A DNA stretch of 64,000 nt, from assembly GCA_964016885.1 (NCBI GenBank), contig OZ024743.1, positions 352,470,001-352,534,000 of the forward strand. The letters are read 5' to 3'. The notes beneath the pieces are model-generated. The model had not been told where the DNA came from, ran no database searches, and saw only the letters and a list, made by a program, of their open reading frames with translations. Each line of letters opens with the position of its first letter. Positions within the stretch are counted from its first letter, which is position 1. The stretch is from Eledone cirrhosa (lineage: Eukaryota). The translations under genes were made by a program, and so were the position numbers. Below, piece after piece: positions 62,783 to 64,000 of this stretch.

Positions 62783-62941
62783 CATATACATATATATATA
62801 TACACATATACATATATATATATACATATACACATATACATATACATATATATATATACATATACATATATATATATACATATATATATATATACATATA
62901 CATATACATATATACATATATATATATACATATATATATAC

Positions 62942-62972
<31 letters not shown>

Positions 62973-63120
62973 CATATATATATACATATATATATACACT
63001 TATACATATATATATATATACATATATATATATAAACATATATACATTTACACATGCACACACACACATGTGCCTATGTATGTATGCATGAATAAATGAA
63101 TGTATATATATATATGTGTG
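62648..63120. repeat. Compound (TA)n/(TACA)n microsatellite
   Basis: Read directly from the sequence. Confidence 0.95.
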
Positions 63121-64000
63121 TATTATAAACAGACACGTAATATCACCATCATCATCAACTACATAATCTTTGTTTAGCATCAATTTTTTGGACATACAGA
63201 CAGATGCAGACTGCTTTAAGACAGATAAGTAAGTTGACAAGTAGTGCACAAAATGTAGAGATGCTTAATTACCACATATATACTTGAATATAAGCTGATT
63301 TGAATAAAGCTGACCCATCCCCCACTATTTTAGTTCTGAGAAATGGCAAAAATCCAAACCCCATTTATAAGCCAAGGCAGCTAATCAACATATGATACAG
63401 AAATGGAGATATATTTCTAGTTCAAGGTATTATTTAAAAAAAAAAAAGATTTTCTTTAACCATTATGTAGATCATTAAAAACACTAGAAGGAGATTGAAA
63501 TGAATAGGGAATAGTTGAAAGAGATCAACTAAGAAAACACTGTATAAGGATTCAGAGTAGAAGAGGAAAAAAGGGACGGCAAACAAGAGAGAAGTGAGGC
63601 AGAGCAAGAAACAGAGAGGGTGAGAGCGAGAGAAGGAAAAGAGAGAGAGTGACTGAAATAAAACAAAACAAGATTGAAAGAAAAAGTATAATTAAGCCAC
63701 AGAGAAAAACAGTTGACGCACATATGTGCGCACGTGTATACGTAAATGTGTAGGGGATATTTATGTATTAAAAAGTTCAAATAATAAAAATTTGTTGGGA
63801 ATGTTCTCAAGGCAAAACATAAATAAAACTCCTGGTGATATAATAAATGTAGAAAAACAGTGTTTCATTGTGAAATAATCACTCCAGATATTTTAGCACC
63901 TTATTTATGTAGAATTTGAAGTTGGTGAAACTCGTCAAAATACTGACCCCGAATATAACCCCCCCTCCCATTTTACCATTGATTTTATGGTCATATATTC

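Overview
Eukaryotic, AT-rich, almost entirely repetitive DNA with no recognisable host gene. The repeat repertoire suggests a cephalopod (octopus-like) genome, which is inference only. Bases 1-7947 are a tandem array of ~0.5 kb units. Each unit carries an internal (TA)n tract and a type I hammerhead ribozyme (HHR) motif (15 copies), resembling a non-LTR retrozyme or a non-autonomous Penelope-like array. The rest of the window holds an intact RTE-clade LINE ORF with three C-terminal C2H2 fingers, a frameshifted RTE-group LINE, a cluster of R4/Dong-type LINEs in (TAA)n, and Tx1-, CR1-, CRE- and Helitron-like fragments. It also holds two tRNA-derived SINE families and many Penelope-like element (PLE) remnants whose pseudo-LTRs carry HHR motifs, often as inverted repeats, including a perfect 442-bp palindrome. 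All structures were paired by eye; none was computed or tested.
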